Origin: Pseudomonadales bacterium | Lineage (GTDB): Bacteria; Pseudomonadota; Gammaproteobacteria; Pseudomonadales; UBA7239 | Direction of reading: 5' to 3' | DNA length: 64,000 bases | Assembly (NCBI GenBank): GCA_046347205.1 | Contig: JAXMGN010000001.1 | Span: forward strand, 256,902 to 320,901 | In this document: positions 50,570 through 62,163 of the stretch, in pieces | Layout of the letters: each line of letters starts with the position of its first letter | How positions within the stretch are numbered: the first letter of the stretch is position 1 | Made by a program: the position numbers and the translations under genes | The notes under the pieces: model-generated | Databases searched by the model: none | What the model saw: only the letters and a program-made list of their open reading frames with translations | What the model was told of the DNA's origin: nothing

Positions 50570-50938
50570 TCAAAGCACTTCTGGTGCCAGAGAAATTATT
50601 TTCATGAACTTTTCACCACGCAATTCACGCGTAACAGGGCCAAAAATACGCGTGCCAATCGGCGCCTGTTGGTTATTCAGCAACACAGCAGCATTGTCAT
50701 CAAACTTAATCAATGAGCCATCGGCGCGACGCACACCTTTTCGGGTACGCACAACAACAGCCGTCATTACTTGACCTTTTTTGACTTTACCGCGAGGGAT
50801 AGCATCTTTAACGCTAACTTTGATGATATCGCCTACCCCAGCATAGCGACGATGTGAGCCGCCCAACACTTTGATACACATAACTCTGCGGGCACCGCTG
50901 TTGTCTGCCACATCTAAAAATGTTTGAGTCTGGATCAT
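50570..50938 (-). CDS. rplN: 50S ribosomal protein L14
   Basis: 122 aa, [17 protein letters not shown]. Confidence 0.97.
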   Translation of the reverse strand: MIQTQTFLDVADNSGARRVMCIKVLGGSHRRYAGVGDIIKVSVKDAIPRGKVKKGQVMTAVVVRTRKGVRRADGSLIKFDDNAAVLLNNQQAPIGTRIFGPVTRELRGEKFMKIISLAPEVL

Positions 50939-50977
50939 TCACTACACTCCGAAAACGAACACAATCAAGAACAACCA

Positions 50978-51244
50978 TCAAACGACAGTTGCTTTTTCCT
51001 CAACTTTGACCAAAGCCCAAGTCTTTGTCTTGGAAAGTGGACGAATTTCTTTTACCGTTACGATGTCACCAATTGCACATTCATTGTTTTCATCATGTGC
51101 TTTCAATTTTGACGACTTCACCAAATACTTGCCATACAACTCATGTTTAACACGACGCTCGATTAACACAGTAATCGTTTTGTCCATTTTGTTGCTAACA
51201 ACGCGACCTGTTTTGGTACGAGCAACTTGCTCTTTATTTGTCAT
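50978..51244 (-). CDS. rpsQ: 30S ribosomal protein S17
   Basis: Starts at MTNKEQ (51244), 1 nt after the rpmC stop. The ORF-track extension overlaps rpmC. Confidence 0.95.
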   Translation of the reverse strand: MTNKEQVARTKTGRVVSNKMDKTITVLIERRVKHELYGKYLVKSSKLKAHDENNECAIGDIVTVKEIRPLSKTKTWALVKVEEKATVV

Positions 51245-51245
51245 G

Positions 51246-51437
51246 TTATTCACCAGCCTTTTCATTCAACAGTGTTTTGATTTGCGCAATACGGCGTCGA
51301 GATGCCTTGAGCAAATGCGTCTGTGACAACTGTCCAGTGCTTAGCTGCATTTTCTGCTTGAACTGATCTTTGAGCTGCTTATCCAACTCAGACTGCAATT
51401 CTGCAATTGATTTACTGCGAAGATCTGCCACTTTCAT
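51246..51437 (-). CDS. rpmC: 50S ribosomal protein L29
   Basis: 63 aa, [18 protein letters not shown]. Confidence 0.96.
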   Translation of the reverse strand: MKVADLRSKSIAELQSELDKQLKDQFKQKMQLSTGQLSQTHLLKASRRRIAQIKTLLNEKAGE

Positions 51438-51850
51438 TACATGATCTGCCGTTTAACAAATGTTGTTGTCAAAGGAAGTTTCGCCGCTGCAAGCGTTAAT
51501 GCTTCGCGTGCCAATTCTTCCGTTACACCTTCTACTTCGTACAAAACTCTACCCGGTTGAATCTGAGCAACCCAGTACTCAACACTACCTTTACCTTTAC
51601 CTTGACGCACTTCAAGTGGCTTCTGTGTAATCGGTTTATCGGGAAAAATCCTGATAAACACGCGTCCACCACGTTTCAAGCGGCGTGTTAATGCACGTCT
51701 TGCAGCCTCGATTTGTCTGGCTGTGATACGTCCACGCATAGTTGCCTTCAAGCCAAACTCGCCAAAACTGACTTTACTGCCACGTTGAGCAAGTCCGCGG
51801 TTTCGCCCTTTAAACTGCTTGCGAAATTTTGTGCGCTTAGGTTGTAACAT
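51437..51850 (-). CDS. rplP: 50S ribosomal protein L16
   Basis: 137 aa, [19 protein letters not shown]. Confidence 0.97.
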   Translation of the reverse strand: MLQPKRTKFRKQFKGRNRGLAQRGSKVSFGEFGLKATMRGRITARQIEAARRALTRRLKRGGRVFIRIFPDKPITQKPLEVRQGKGKGSVEYWVAQIQPGRVLYEVEGVTEELAREALTLAAAKLPLTTTFVKRQIM

Positions 51851-51858
51851 GGCGCGTC

Positions 51859-52542
51859 TTACCCCTGATTAGATGACTTCTTTCTGCCTGTAGCAACTTC
51901 AGCCTGCTCTGCTGCATCCAGAATTTCGCCTTTGAAGATCCAAACCTTCACGCCGATAATTCCGTAAGTTGTCAAAGCTTCTGCTGTTGCGTAATCGATA
52001 TCTGCTCGCAGAGTATGCAAAGGCACACGACCCTCGCGATACCATTCCGTGCGAGCAATATCCGTGCCGCCCAAACGACCGGACACCATAATTTTGATTC
52101 CCAAAGCACCTTGACGCATGGCATTTTGCACTGCTCGCTTCATGGCGCGGCGAAACATCACGCGACGCTCTAACTGCTGAGCAACACCTTGCGCCACCAA
52201 AACCGCATCGATGTCTGGTTTGCGAATTTCTTCGATATTGATATGTACAGGCACGCCCAAAATTTGAGCAACTTCGCCGCGCAACTTCTCAACATCTTCA
52301 CCTTTTTTACCAATCACAATACCCGGACGCGCGGAATGAATGGTCACGCGCGCAGATTGAGATGGGCGTTCAATATCAACACGACTAACTGACGCGCTGG
52401 CCAATTTCTTTTGAATAAAAGTACGCGCCTTGATATCTGCCAACAGCTTATCCGCGTAGGTAGCACTGTTTGCGTACCAAACTGAAGTATGCTTCTTAAT
52501 GATACCCAGACGAATGCCTGTTGGATGTACTTTTTGACCCAT
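51859..52542 (-). CDS. rpsC: 30S ribosomal protein S3
   Basis: 227 aa, [14 protein letters not shown]. Confidence 0.97.
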   Translation of the reverse strand: MGQKVHPTGIRLGIIKKHTSVWYANSATYADKLLADIKARTFIQKKLASASVSRVDIERPSQSARVTIHSARPGIVIGKKGEDVEKLRGEVAQILGVPVHINIEEIRKPDIDAVLVAQGVAQQLERRVMFRRAMKRAVQNAMRQGALGIKIMVSGRLGGTDIARTEWYREGRVPLHTLRADIDYATAEALTTYGIIGVKVWIFKGEILDAAEQAEVATGRKKSSNQG

Positions 52543-52564
52543 TGCGGTCTCCTAATCTATCGCT

Positions 52565-52900
52565 TTATTTAGCAACAACTTTTACTGTGATATGGCAAGT
52601 GCGCTTCAAAATTCTATCCGCACGACCTTTGGCACGAGGCTTAATTCGCTTCATCGCCATACCTTCATCTACAAACGCCGTAGACACATGCAATTCATCA
52701 ACGTCAAGCCCTTGATTGTGCTCTGCATTAGCAATAGCAGACTCAAGCACCTTTTTAACCAACACAGCCGCTTTTTTATTGCTGAATGACAAAATATCCA
52801 ACGCTTTTTCAACATGCTGACCTCTGATTTGGTCAACCACCAATCGAACCTTTTGCGCAGAACCGCGAGCGCCGCGCAATGTTGCTGAAACTTCTTCCAT
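52565..52900 (-). CDS. rplV: 50S ribosomal protein L22
   Basis: ATG 52900 ([21 protein letters not shown]) aligns with the E. coli L22 N-terminus and has AAGAGGTGA upstream. The ORF-track GTG is at 52909. Confidence 0.95.
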   Translation of the reverse strand: MEEVSATLRGARGSAQKVRLVVDQIRGQHVEKALDILSFSNKKAAVLVKKVLESAIANAEHNQGLDVDELHVSTAFVDEGMAMKRIKPRAKGRADRILKRTCHITVKVVAK

Positions 52901-52912
52901 TACGCTCACCTC

Positions 52913-53197
52913 TTACTTCTTGCCAGGTTTGGCTTTTTTATCTGCCGCATGCCCTTTGTAGGTGCGCGTAACAGAAAATTCGCCCAGTTTGTGACCAACC
53001 ATTTCTTCTGTTACATACACCGGCACATGCGCGCGACCGTTGTGTACAGCAATAGTCAGACCCACCATTTCAGGCATAATCATGGAGCGACGCGACCACG
53101 TTTTGATGGGACGCTTGTCATTTTTTTCCAGCGCCGTCTCCACCTTTTTAACAAGATGCAGATCTATGAACGGGCCTTTTTTCAATGAACGCGGCAC
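52913..53197 (-). CDS. rpsS: 30S ribosomal protein S19
   Basis: 94 aa, [15 protein letters not shown]. Confidence 0.97.
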   Translation of the reverse strand: MPRSLKKGPFIDLHLVKKVETALEKNDKRPIKTWSRRSMIMPEMVGLTIAVHNGRAHVPVYVTEEMVGHKLGEFSVTRTYKGHAADKKAKPGKK

Positions 53198-53217
53198 GAA
53201 TCTATCCTCTTAAATTC

Positions 53218-54045
53218 TTACTTCTTGTTACGATGGCGGACGATCAAATCATCTGTCCGTTTATTTTTACGAGTTTTGTAACCCTTAGTCGGCGTACCCC
53301 AAGGCGAAACTGGATGGCGGCCACCCGATGTTCTACCTTCACCACCACCATGCGGGTGATCTACTGGGTTCATCACCACACCACGCACCGTTGGACGAAT
53401 ACCGCGCCAGCGACTAGCGCCAGCCTTACCCAGTGAGCGCAAGTTATGCTCGCTGTTGGACACTTCACCCAAAGTCGCCTTGCAGTCAGCCAGGATTTTG
53501 CGCATTTCACCGCTGCGCAAACGCAGAGTCGCATAAGCACCTTCGCGAGCAACCAACTGTGCAGAAGCACCTGCTGAACGCGCCACTTGCGCACCTTTAC
53601 CCGGCTTCATTTCAATGCAATGCACATTGGAGCCGATAGGGATGTTGCGCAAAGGCAGCGCGTTGCCAACCGCAATCGGAGAGGCAGAACCAGATTGAAC
53701 TTTATCACCAACTTTTAAGCCTTTAGGCGCAACAATATAGCGTCGCTCGCCGTCGGCGTAGCAAACCAAAGCAATGTTTGCACTGCGATTTGGATCGTAT
53801 TCCAAGCGCTCAACAGAGGCAGCGATACCGTCTTTATCGCGCTTAAAGTCCACGATACGGTAGTGCTGTTTATGACCACCACCTTGGTGGCGCACGGTGA
53901 TGCGACCGTTGTTATTGCGGCCGCCGCGCTTGCTTTTCTTTTCTACCAAGGCCGCGTGAGGCGCACCTTTGTGCAGATCAGGATTGACGACGCTAATAAC
54001 AAAGCGGCGACCAGGTGAGGTAGGTTTTCTTTTTACTATTGGCAT
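53218..54045 (-). CDS. rplB: 50S ribosomal protein L2
   Basis: 275 aa, ...[14 protein letters not shown]. Confidence 0.97.
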   Translation of the reverse strand: MPIVKRKPTSPGRRFVISVVNPDLHKGAPHAALVEKKSKRGGRNNNGRITVRHQGGGHKQHYRIVDFKRDKDGIAASVERLEYDPNRSANIALVCYADGERRYIVAPKGLKVGDKVQSGSASPIAVGNALPLRNIPIGSNVHCIEMKPGKGAQVARSAGASAQLVAREGAYATLRLRSGEMRKILADCKATLGEVSNSEHNLRSLGKAGASRWRGIRPTVRGVVMNPVDHPHGGGEGRTSGGRHPVSPWGTPTKGYKTRKNKRTDDLIVRHRNKK

Positions 54046-54063
54046 AACTTTCGCTCCCCGCCG

Positions 54064-54357
54064 TTACATGCTGGCAAAGTCAATATCATGACCTTGCTCC
54101 AGACGGATATATGCTTTTTTCCAATCGCTGCGACGCACGTCGCCAAAACGATTGCGCTTAACCTTGCCTTTCATTCGCAGCACACGCACAGCAGCTACTT
54201 TGACATTAAACAGCTTTTCAATAGCGTGTTTGATTTCTAACTTGTTGGCATCCAAAGCAACTTTAAACACCACTTGATTGCTATCGCCGGACACCATGGT
54301 AGATTTTTCAGAAATCTGCGGACCGACCAAAACCTTATAAATACGCTCTTGGTTCAT
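54064..54357 (-). CDS. rplW: 50S ribosomal protein L23
   Basis: 97 aa; S10 operon order. Confidence 0.96.
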   Translation of the reverse strand: MNQERIYKVLVGPQISEKSTMVSGDSNQVVFKVALDANKLEIKHAIEKLFNVKVAAVRVLRMKGKVKRNRFGDVRRSDWKKAYIRLEQGHDIDFASM

Positions 54358-54971
54358 GCCAGCACCTCATCAAACTTCTTCACAGCAGGAACTGTAATCA
54401 ATACTTTATCGAAGCGCACCAAGCTAACAGGATCCGCAGCACTGACATCGCGCACATCAACATTAGGCAAATTGCGTGCTGACAAATAGAGATTTTCACT
54501 CACTTCATCAGAGACAATCAGCACATTGTCGAGTTTCAACGCGTGCAATTTTTGTTGCAGCAATTTGGTTTTTGGCTGATCTAATTCGATTTTTTCAACC
54601 ACCACCAAGCGATCTTGGCGCGCCAACTCCGACAAAATGCTCTGCAAGGCAGCACGATACATTTTGCGATTTAATTTTTGGCTATGATCTTGAGGACGCG
54701 CAGCAAAAGTCACGCCACCTGTACGCCAAATTGGGCTGCGTGTACTGCCGGCACGCGCACGACCAGAACCTTTTTGCTTCCAAGGCTTCTTGCCGCCACC
54801 ACTCACTTCTGAGCGATTTTTTTGCGCACGCGAACCTTGACGACCACCAGACAAATACGCAGTAACCGCCTGATGCACTAAATCCTCGTTGTATGCGCGC
54901 CCAAATGCAGTTTCAGATACCTGAACCTTGCCAGCGCTACCACCTTCGAGTGTTGCTATATTCAATTCCAC
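54354..54971 (-). CDS. rplD: 50S ribosomal protein L4
   Basis: 205 aa; overlaps rplW by 4 nt. Confidence 0.97.
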   Translation of the reverse strand: MELNIATLEGGSAGKVQVSETAFGRAYNEDLVHQAVTAYLSGGRQGSRAQKNRSEVSGGGKKPWKQKGSGRARAGSTRSPIWRTGGVTFAARPQDHSQKLNRKMYRAALQSILSELARQDRLVVVEKIELDQPKTKLLQQKLHALKLDNVLIVSDEVSENLYLSARNLPNVDVRDVSAADPVSLVRFDKVLITVPAVKKFDEVLA

Positions 54972-54983
54972 AACATTCCCCTC

Positions 54984-55619
54984 TTAGGAAGCCTTAACCG
55001 CAGGACGCACAATCAGATCACCACCCGGCGCACCAGGCACGGCACCGCGCACTAACAACAAATTGCGCTCCGCATCCACACGAACAACCTGCAGATTCTG
55101 TACAGTGACCTGCTCGTCACCCATGTGGCCTGCCATTTTTTTGCCTTTAAACACACGACCCGGGGACTGGTTCTGACCGATAGAGCCAGGCGCGCGGTGA
55201 GACAGTGAGTTACCGTGGGTTGCATCTTGCGCACTAAAGTTCCAGCGTTTGATAACACCCTGAAAACCTTTACCGCGAGATTGACCAGTCACATCAACCA
55301 ACTGACCATCAGAAAAAGCAGAAACCGTCAATTCAGATCCAACAGCAGGCACATCAGCGCCATCACTTGCCAATTCCCACAGCCCGCGACCAGCGCCTAC
55401 ACCCGCTTTAGCAAAATGACCCACAGCCGCTTTAGTGACGCGAGACTGGCGACGCGCACCAACAGTGACCTGCACCGCCGTATAGCCGTCGGTATCGATA
55501 GATTTGATCTGGGTAACGCGATTAGGCTCAACTTCGATTACCGTCACAGGTATCGAGATGCCATCTTCTGTAAAAACACGCGTCATGCCGCATTTGCGAC
55601 CGACTAAACCATTAACCAT
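54984..55619 (-). CDS. rplC: 50S ribosomal protein L3
   Basis: 211 aa, ...[17 protein letters not shown]. Confidence 0.97.
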   Translation of the reverse strand: MVNGLVGRKCGMTRVFTEDGISIPVTVIEVEPNRVTQIKSIDTDGYTAVQVTVGARRQSRVTKAAVGHFAKAGVGAGRGLWELASDGADVPAVGSELTVSAFSDGQLVDVTGQSRGKGFQGVIKRWNFSAQDATHGNSLSHRAPGSIGQNQSPGRVFKGKKMAGHMGDEQVTVQNLQVVRVDAERNLLLVRGAVPGAPGGDLIVRPAVKAS

Positions 55620-55754
55620 TTTTCACCTCTCGTGTACGGGGCTTTACCCGCTATGGCCGCCTTAATAAGCGTTACACCAAGGAGTCGCCAGCAATACAGT
55701 AAAACAAAGAATCTCTGTACTACTTATGCCACTTCTTATTTACTACAAAACCTA

Positions 55755-56078
<324 letters not shown>

Positions 56079-56157
56079 TCAATAAATCAATAAGTTACTT
56101 CTGGTTTTGCCGCCAGCCGACCGCGAAAATTAAGGGGCTAGGCGAAAAAGAGGCGCA

Positions 56158-56186
56158 ATTCTATAGGCGAGAAAAAGGCAAGTCAA
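56158..56186 (-). promoter_or_regulatory. predicted sigma70 promoter of the S10 operon
   Basis: Minus strand reads TTGACT-17 nt-TAGAAT followed by the discriminator tgCGCCTC, about 90 nt upstream of the rpsJ ATG. It begins 27 nt after the stop of the upstream acyltransferase gene. Confidence 0.6.
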
Positions 56187-56212
56187 CAAGGAACTGCATT
56201 TATTTTTGCGTG

Positions 56213-56896
56213 TTACAGCATACGCCTGTCCCAATCCAAACCTGAGCGCACAACGGATGCAGGATTGCCTGCAATTGCGGAGCCTTCTTGACCGAACTGC
56301 CGCGTCACTACAGCATGCGCACCCACAACAGATCGATCAGGAATGACGGAGCCTTTCAGAATACAGGTAGCTCGTCCCACCCAAACATGGTCGCCGATCA
56401 CGATGTCTTTGGCACGATTGATGCGTTTGCCCGAAGCAACATCGAGCACAGAATGCCCATCGCCTGCCCGTAAATGCACAAACTTGGAAAACATGCAATC
56501 ACGGCCAATGGTGATACTGGCATCTTCGTCGGTCAGTAGATAGGCATCTTCAATAGTGGTTTTGTCGCCAATTTTGATGCACTGATTGCTGTTATAACGC
56601 AGATAGATTTTGCCGGCGTGGTAGAGACAATCCTCGCCAATTTCGACTCTCTGATTACTGCCATCAATGCGGATTTTGCATTTGGCCACCATAGAGCCTT
56701 TCCCGACAGTGAGGCTGTTGCCGCTCCCTTTTATCAGGATGTCGATCTTCTTCATGCGCAGTCTTTCTGCGAAGGCAACGTCGATGCTGTTGCCCGCCTT
56801 GACGCGTATGCGATTGCCATAAATCCAGTCATGCACAAGCAACTGGCAGCGCTGTAATAAAGTAAAACTCACGAGGCTTTTGCGCCCAACTTGCAC
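56213..56896 (-). CDS. hexapeptide-repeat (left-handed beta-helix) acyl/acetyltransferase, substrate unknown
   Basis: C-terminal [41 protein letters not shown] is a classic LbH O-acetyltransferase signature. The start is uncertain: GTG 56896 overlaps folD by 28 nt, and internal GTG/ATG starts are possible down to 56755. Confidence 0.7.
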   Translation of the reverse strand: MQVGRKSLVSFTLLQRCQLLVHDWIYGNRIRVKAGNSIDVAFAERLRMKKIDILIKGSGNSLTVGKGSMVAKCKIRIDGSNQRVEIGEDCLYHAGKIYLRYNSNQCIKIGDKTTIEDAYLLTDEDASITIGRDCMFSKFVHLRAGDGHSVLDVASGKRINRAKDIVIGDHVWVGRATCILKGSVIPDRSVVGAHAVVTRQFGQEGSAIAGNPASVVRSGLDWDRRML

Positions 56897-57738
56897 TCGC
56901 CCGCTTGGAGCGTTTGCAGGATTAAGGTATTGATCGTCATAGGACCCACACCGCCTGGCACAGGCGTGTAGGCGCTGGCACGATCAATCACCGAGGCCAA
57001 TTCAACATCGCCCACACCACCTTCGTGGTAGCCAGCATCCACTACCACAGCACCGTCTTTAATCCACTCACCCAGAATAAATGCTGGGCGACCCACGGCT
57101 GCCACCACGATATCCGCCTGCCCCACCAAAGCCTGCAAGCCTTGCGTGCGGGAGTGGCAAATCGTCACCGTGCAATCAGCATTGAGCAACATCGCCGCCA
57201 TCGGCTTGCCCAGAATAGGGCTGCGCCCGAGCACCACGGCGTGTTTGCCCGCCAGCGGGATATTGTAGGCAGCGAGCAAACGCATCACACCGGCAGGCGT
57301 TGCGGAACCGTAAGCGGCCTCACCCATCGCCATGCGCCCAAAGCCCAAGCAAGTCACGCCATCGACATCTTTGTCGAGCGCAATGGCATCAAAACAGGCT
57401 CTTTCGTCGATCTGCGCCGGTACCGGATGCTGCAACAAGATACCGTGCACAGCAGGATTGGCGTTCAGCTCCTGAATTTTTGCCAATAACTGCGCTGTGG
57501 TGGTGGATTGCGGCATTTCAATCGCCACAGAGTCCATACCTACGCGACGACAGGCATTGCCCTTCATGCGCACATACGTGGCCGATGAAGGGTCATCGCC
57601 CACCAAAATAGTCGCCAAAATCGGGGTAATGCCGGACAGCATCTTCAGTTTTTCGACGCGTGCACGAATCTGCGCCTCGGTTTCCTGCGCCACTTTTGTG
57701 CCGTCCAATATCACTGCCGCTTTTGCACTTACTGCCAT
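56869..57738 (-). CDS. folD: bifunctional methylenetetrahydrofolate dehydrogenase / methenyl-THF cyclohydrolase
   Basis: 289 aa, ..[33 protein letters not shown]. Confidence 0.95.
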   Translation of the reverse strand: MAVSAKAAVILDGTKVAQETEAQIRARVEKLKMLSGITPILATILVGDDPSSATYVRMKGNACRRVGMDSVAIEMPQSTTTAQLLAKIQELNANPAVHGILLQHPVPAQIDERACFDAIALDKDVDGVTCLGFGRMAMGEAAYGSATPAGVMRLLAAYNIPLAGKHAVVLGRSPILGKPMAAMLLNADCTVTICHSRTQGLQALVGQADIVVAAVGRPAFILGEWIKDGAVVVDAGYHEGGVGDVELASVIDRASAYTPVPGGVGPMTINTLILQTLQAGECKLGAKAS

Positions 57739-57817
57739 AAAAAAACCTATCGCACGCTGTCATATTAAAACAAGGGCGACATTGTGCCTGATTTGCCTAC
57801 CGCGCCAAAGTGATTCA

Positions 57818-57846
57818 TTTATCCCACCGCGCGCGACTGTTACAAT
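57818..57846 (+). promoter_or_regulatory. candidate extended -10 promoter of suhB
   Basis: TGtTACAAT at 57838-57846 with a weak -35 (TTTATC) 17 nt upstream; lies in the folD/suhB divergent region. Confidence 0.3.
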
Positions 57847-57881
57847 AGCCCCCCTTCTTTTTGTTGAACTCCGGTCTTTCC

Positions 57882-58673
57882 ATGCAGCCCATGCTGAATA
57901 TTGCCTTGCGCGCTGCGCGTCAGGCTGGCGAACACATCGTACGCGCCTCTGATCGTATTGACCTCATTCCCGTCACTGAAAAAGGCAGCAACGATTACGT
58001 CACCGAAGTAGATCGCGCCGCCGAAGACATCATCATTCGCCTGCTGCAAAAAACCTATCCCGATCACGGTTTCCTCGCTGAAGAAAGCGGCAGTACCAAC
58101 CCTGACGCTGATTACATCTGGATCATTGATCCGCTCGACGGCACCACCAATTTTGTGCGCGGCATTCCACACTATGCCGTTTCCATTGCCTGCCAATACC
58201 AAGGAAAAATTGAGCACGCCGTGGTGTACAACCCCGTGACGCGCGAAGAATTTACCGCCAGCCGCGGTCGCGGCGCGCAATTAAATGGGCGCAGAATTCG
58301 CGTCACCTCGCGCACAACTCTGGACGGCGCACTGCTCGGCACCGGCATCCCTTTTCGCAGCCATCAAAGTGAAAAGCTACCTGCCTACGTCAAAGTATTG
58401 GAAACGCTAGCGCCGCAAACGGCCGGTATAAGACGCGCTGGTTCTGCTGCGTTGGATTTAGCCTACATCGCCGCCGGACGTTTTGATGCGTTTTGGGAAA
58501 TGGGATTAAAACCGTGGGATATTGCAGCGGGCATTTTATTGATTCAAGAAGCCGGCGGTTTAATCAGCGATTTTCAGGGCGGCCATCAATACATGGAAAC
58601 CGGCAATATCGTTTGCGGCAACCCCAAATGCTTCAAGCATGTATTGCAAGTGATCAACCAACATCTCGCTTAA
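57882..58673 (+). CDS. suhB: inositol monophosphatase family protein SuhB
   Basis: MQPMLNIALRAARQAG.. is collinear with E. coli SuhB (WIIDPLDGTTNF, SAALDLAYIAAGR). The ORF-track TTG 57861 was judged too early. Confidence 0.92.
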   Translation: MQPMLNIALRAARQAGEHIVRASDRIDLIPVTEKGSNDYVTEVDRAAEDIIIRLLQKTYPDHGFLAEESGSTNPDADYIWIIDPLDGTTNFVRGIPHYAVSIACQYQGKIEHAVVYNPVTREEFTASRGRGAQLNGRRIRVTSRTTLDGALLGTGIPFRSHQSEKLPAYVKVLETLAPQTAGIRRAGSAALDLAYIAAGRFDAFWEMGLKPWDIAAGILLIQEAGGLISDFQGGHQYMETGNIVCGNPKCFKHVLQVINQHLA

Positions 58674-58688
58674 AAAAATTGCGTATAT

Positions 58689-60113
58689 TTAGCGCGCTGA
58701 CACCATGGCGCGCAGCTCTTGCACATCGGTAGATGCAGCAATCACGCCTGCCTGCATATAGTTTTCACTGTTGTGATCTATCGTGTCTGGGTCGTACAGG
58801 TAATTCACCATCATGCCGCCAGACTGGCGTATACCTTTGGGTGAAACATCGGCCATCCAATTGATTTGTTGCAAAGTTGCGCCGTTACCCAAATGAAAAT
58901 GTGCCACACCATCGCGCGCACGTTGTTTTCCCTGCTGCAAATTCATCAAGTATTCCGCACACAAGCGCAACAAAATTGGCTTCAATACATCGCAAATATG
59001 GGTGTTTTGGTGCCATGCCAAAACCGCCAACAAGTCCATCAAACGCGCCTCAACGGACAAATGCGCCGCCAATTTCTTGATGGCGGCTCGCTCTGATTGA
59101 CTGAGGAAAGTATTATCGCCGAGCTCCGCCTCTGACAGCCATTTCATAAAACCAGGTACTGGCGATAGCGTAGCAAAGCGCTTCAACTGTGGAAATTCTT
59201 TTTTCAGATTTGCCACAACACGCTTAATCAAAAAGTTGCCAAAACTGATACCGGATAACCCTTTTTGCGCATTGGAAATGGAGTAAAAGATTGCCGTGTT
59301 AGCACCCGCCACATCGTAAGTGCGGGCATGCGTATCCAATAAAGTTTGTACGTTAGTTGCCAACCCATTGCACAAGGCCACCTGCACAAAAATCAGCGGC
59401 TCGTCTTCCATATTGGGATGAATAAACGCAAACAACCGCCTATCCGCCGCCATGCGATTTTTTAAATCCACCCAACTGGTAATCTCATGTACCGCTTCGT
59501 ATTCAATCAATTTTTCCAACAAAGATGCTGAAGAATTCCACGTCAACTGCTGCAATTGCAGAAACCCAATATCAAACCATGTAGTCAGTAAATGCTTTAA
59601 ATCTTTTTCTACTTCACGCAGTTCTACATCTTTACTGGCTTCCATTTCCAACAGTTCGCTACGCATATCAACCAAAAATTTAATGCCACTGGGCATAGCA
59701 TTAAATAGCGTCAACAATTGCACGCGCGGCGCAATCAAAACTTTGCTCAATTTGTGGCGCAATCTCGGCTTCTCATCCACATTCGAAGCTCGCATATACA
59801 CATCAATTGCCTGCTGAATTTTTTGTTCATCCGCATCAAAATCGCGCGCCAGTAAGTGCAAAAAACGCAAGCGCCCCTGCTTGTTGAGCGACATATAGGC
59901 ATGACCAATATGCGCAGCCTGCGCACGTTTGGCCCATTCGCCACCAGGCGCGGCGAGACAGCTTTTTATTTGCTGACGAAAATAATCTACATCGCGATCG
60001 CTCAGCGCTGGATCCACACAGTACTGATCTTCTCTGCGCAGCGTGGTATTGAGATCGGACCACGCCTGTCGCAAATGCCGCAGCGTTCTATTCAGCAAAG
60101 AATTCTGCGACAT
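58689..60113 (-). CDS. malonyl-CoA decarboxylase family protein
   Basis: 474 aa. The C-terminal half (FYSISNAQKGLSGISFGNFLIKRVV..FATLSPVPGF..HFHLGNGA) matches the MCD (MLYCD-type) catalytic domain. Confidence 0.8.
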   Translation of the reverse strand: MSQNSLLNRTLRHLRQAWSDLNTTLRREDQYCVDPALSDRDVDYFRQQIKSCLAAPGGEWAKRAQAAHIGHAYMSLNKQGRLRFLHLLARDFDADEQKIQQAIDVYMRASNVDEKPRLRHKLSKVLIAPRVQLLTLFNAMPSGIKFLVDMRSELLEMEASKDVELREVEKDLKHLLTTWFDIGFLQLQQLTWNSSASLLEKLIEYEAVHEITSWVDLKNRMAADRRLFAFIHPNMEDEPLIFVQVALCNGLATNVQTLLDTHARTYDVAGANTAIFYSISNAQKGLSGISFGNFLIKRVVANLKKEFPQLKRFATLSPVPGFMKWLSEAELGDNTFLSQSERAAIKKLAAHLSVEARLMDLLAVLAWHQNTHICDVLKPILLRLCAEYLMNLQQGKQRARDGVAHFHLGNGATLQQINWMADVSPKGIRQSGGMMVNYLYDPDTIDHNSENYMQAGVIAASTDVQELRAMVSAR

Positions 60114-60119
60114 GCGTTT

Positions 60120-60848
60120 CTACGCCAAACAAAACTGCTGCGCTTCAGTAAGGTCCAGCGTACCCTCATAAATAGCGCGACCTGTAATTGCACCCAACAC
60201 ACCGCGCGCTGCTACTTTTTTTAGTGCGCGAATATCATCCATGTTCGTCACGCCGCCCGACGCAATGACAGGAATACCGCAGGCCTCTGCCAACTGTGCC
60301 GTCGCTTCCACGTTCACACCCTGCATCATGCCGTCGCGTGCAATGTCGGTGTAGACGATAGAAGACACGCCGTCATCGGCAAATTGTTTGGCCAAATCGA
60401 CGGCTTTCACCGCACTAATTTCTGCCCAACCGTCGGTGGCGACCATGCCGTCTTGCGCGTCAATGCCGACAATAATTTTTCCTGCAAATTGTTTGCACAT
60501 GTCTGTCACAAACTGCGGCTCTTTTACCGCTTTGGTGCCGATGATGACATAGCTCACACCGGCCGACAGATACGCTTCAATAATATCGGCGTTGCGAATA
60601 CCGCCGCCAATTTGTATTGGCAAGCTAGGATAGGCGCGCGCAATGGCTTTCACCGCTTCGCCATTCACCGGTTCGCCAGCAAAAGCGCCGTTCAAATCCA
60701 CCAAATGCAAGCGACGCGCACCGGCATTCACCCAACGCTGGGCCATCGCCACCGGATCAGAACCGAACACGGTCGAATCCTCCATGCGCCCCTGCTTCAA
60801 ACGCACGCATTGCCCATCTTTCAAATCAATGGCAGGAATAATCAACAT
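60120..60848 (-). CDS. hisA: 1-(5-phosphoribosyl)-5-[(5-phosphoribosylamino)methylideneamino]imidazole-4-carboxamide isomerase
   Basis: Starts at [17 protein letters not shown] (60848), 2 nt after the hisH stop. Confidence 0.93.
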   Translation of the reverse strand: MLIIPAIDLKDGQCVRLKQGRMEDSTVFGSDPVAMAQRWVNAGARRLHLVDLNGAFAGEPVNGEAVKAIARAYPSLPIQIGGGIRNADIIEAYLSAGVSYVIIGTKAVKEPQFVTDMCKQFAGKIIVGIDAQDGMVATDGWAEISAVKAVDLAKQFADDGVSSIVYTDIARDGMMQGVNVEATAQLAEACGIPVIASGGVTNMDDIRALKKVAARGVLGAITGRAIYEGTLDLTEAQQFCLA

Positions 60849-60850
60849 GA

Positions 60851-61498
60851 CTAACAGCACCCATCCCAAAACATAAAATTTTTTAATAACTGCAAACCGG
60901 CGGTGTGACTTTTTTCTGGGTGAAACTGCACCGCAAACAAATTTTTGGTGAGCAGTGCCGCATCAAATGCAACGCCATAATCACCACCAGCCGCCACCAA
61001 CGAGCGATCTTGTGCGGACACATAGTAGCTATGCACAAAATAAAAACGGCTGTTTTGCGGAATGTTTGACCACACGGCGTGCGACTTTATTTGCTGCACT
61101 TCATTCCAGCCCATGTGCGGCACTTTCAAACGCTGACCATCACGATCGCGTAAATCACTGCCAAAAAAACGCACCGCGCCTTGCAAAATATTCAAACAAT
61201 CGACACCACTGTTTTCTTCGCTGTGCGTCATCAGCGCCTGCATACCTACGCAAATTGCCAACACGGGTTTTTGCGCTATCGCTTCTTTGACCAAAACATC
61301 CGCACCCACTTGGCGAATACCTGCCATGCAGTCGCGCATGGCGCCGACACCGGGAAACACCACGCGATCAGCGGCGCGAATTTCAGTAGGATTATTGGTG
61401 ACTGTTACGCGCGCATTCGGCGCAACATGCTCTAACGCTTTAGCGACAGAATGCAAATTGCCCATGCCGTAATCAATTACGGCAACAGAAGATGACAT
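60851..61498 (-). CDS. hisH: imidazole glycerol phosphate synthase, glutamine amidotransferase subunit
   Basis: 215 aa, [28 protein letters not shown]. Confidence 0.93.
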   Translation of the reverse strand: MSSSVAVIDYGMGNLHSVAKALEHVAPNARVTVTNNPTEIRAADRVVFPGVGAMRDCMAGIRQVGADVLVKEAIAQKPVLAICVGMQALMTHSEENSGVDCLNILQGAVRFFGSDLRDRDGQRLKVPHMGWNEVQQIKSHAVWSNIPQNSRFYFVHSYYVSAQDRSLVAAGGDYGVAFDAALLTKNLFAVQFHPEKSHTAGLQLLKNFMFWDGCC

Positions 61499-61500
61499 GG

Positions 61501-62094
61501 TTACAGCGTGCCTTTAGTGGACGGCATCTGCCCAACCATACGCGGATCGGCCGTGAGCGCCATGCGCAAGGCGCGACCAAAGGCTTTAAAAATGGTTTCG
61601 ATTTGATGATGCGTATTTGCGCCGCGTAAATTGTCGATATGCAGCGTCACGCCAGCATGATTGACAAAACCTTGGAAAAATTCGTAAAACAAATCGACAT
61701 CAAAATCACCCACACGACCGCGCGTAAAATTGACGTGCATTTCCAAACCCGGGCGGCCGGAAAAATCAATTACCACACGCGACAGTGCTTCATCGAGCGG
61801 CACATAGGCGTGACCGTAACGGCAGATACCTTTTTTGTCGCCCACCGCCTGCGCAAACGCCTGCCCCAGCGTGATGCCGATATCTTCCACAGTGTGGTGA
61901 TCGTCGATATGCACATCGCCCTGCGCTCTTACGTCGAGATCAATCAAGCCGTGGCGCGCAATTTGATCCAGCATGTGCTCCAAAAATGGCACTTGTGTAT
62001 CAAAATGCGTTTTGCCTGTGCCATCGAGATTGATAGCTACTTGAATCTGCGTTTCCAACGTATCGCGCTGGACACTGGCCTTGCGTTCAGTCAT
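61501..62094 (-). CDS. hisB: imidazoleglycerol-phosphate dehydratase
   Basis: 197 aa, ..[27 protein letters not shown]. Confidence 0.93.
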   Translation of the reverse strand: MTERKASVQRDTLETQIQVAINLDGTGKTHFDTQVPFLEHMLDQIARHGLIDLDVRAQGDVHIDDHHTVEDIGITLGQAFAQAVGDKKGICRYGHAYVPLDEALSRVVIDFSGRPGLEMHVNFTRGRVGDFDVDLFYEFFQGFVNHAGVTLHIDNLRGANTHHQIETIFKAFGRALRMALTADPRMVGQMPSTKGTL

Positions 62095-62163
62095 AGGAAC
62101 CTCGCACCCAATAAGCGCCTCATTATACCGACCCCGCCTTCATTTATGGCAACGCACAGCATT

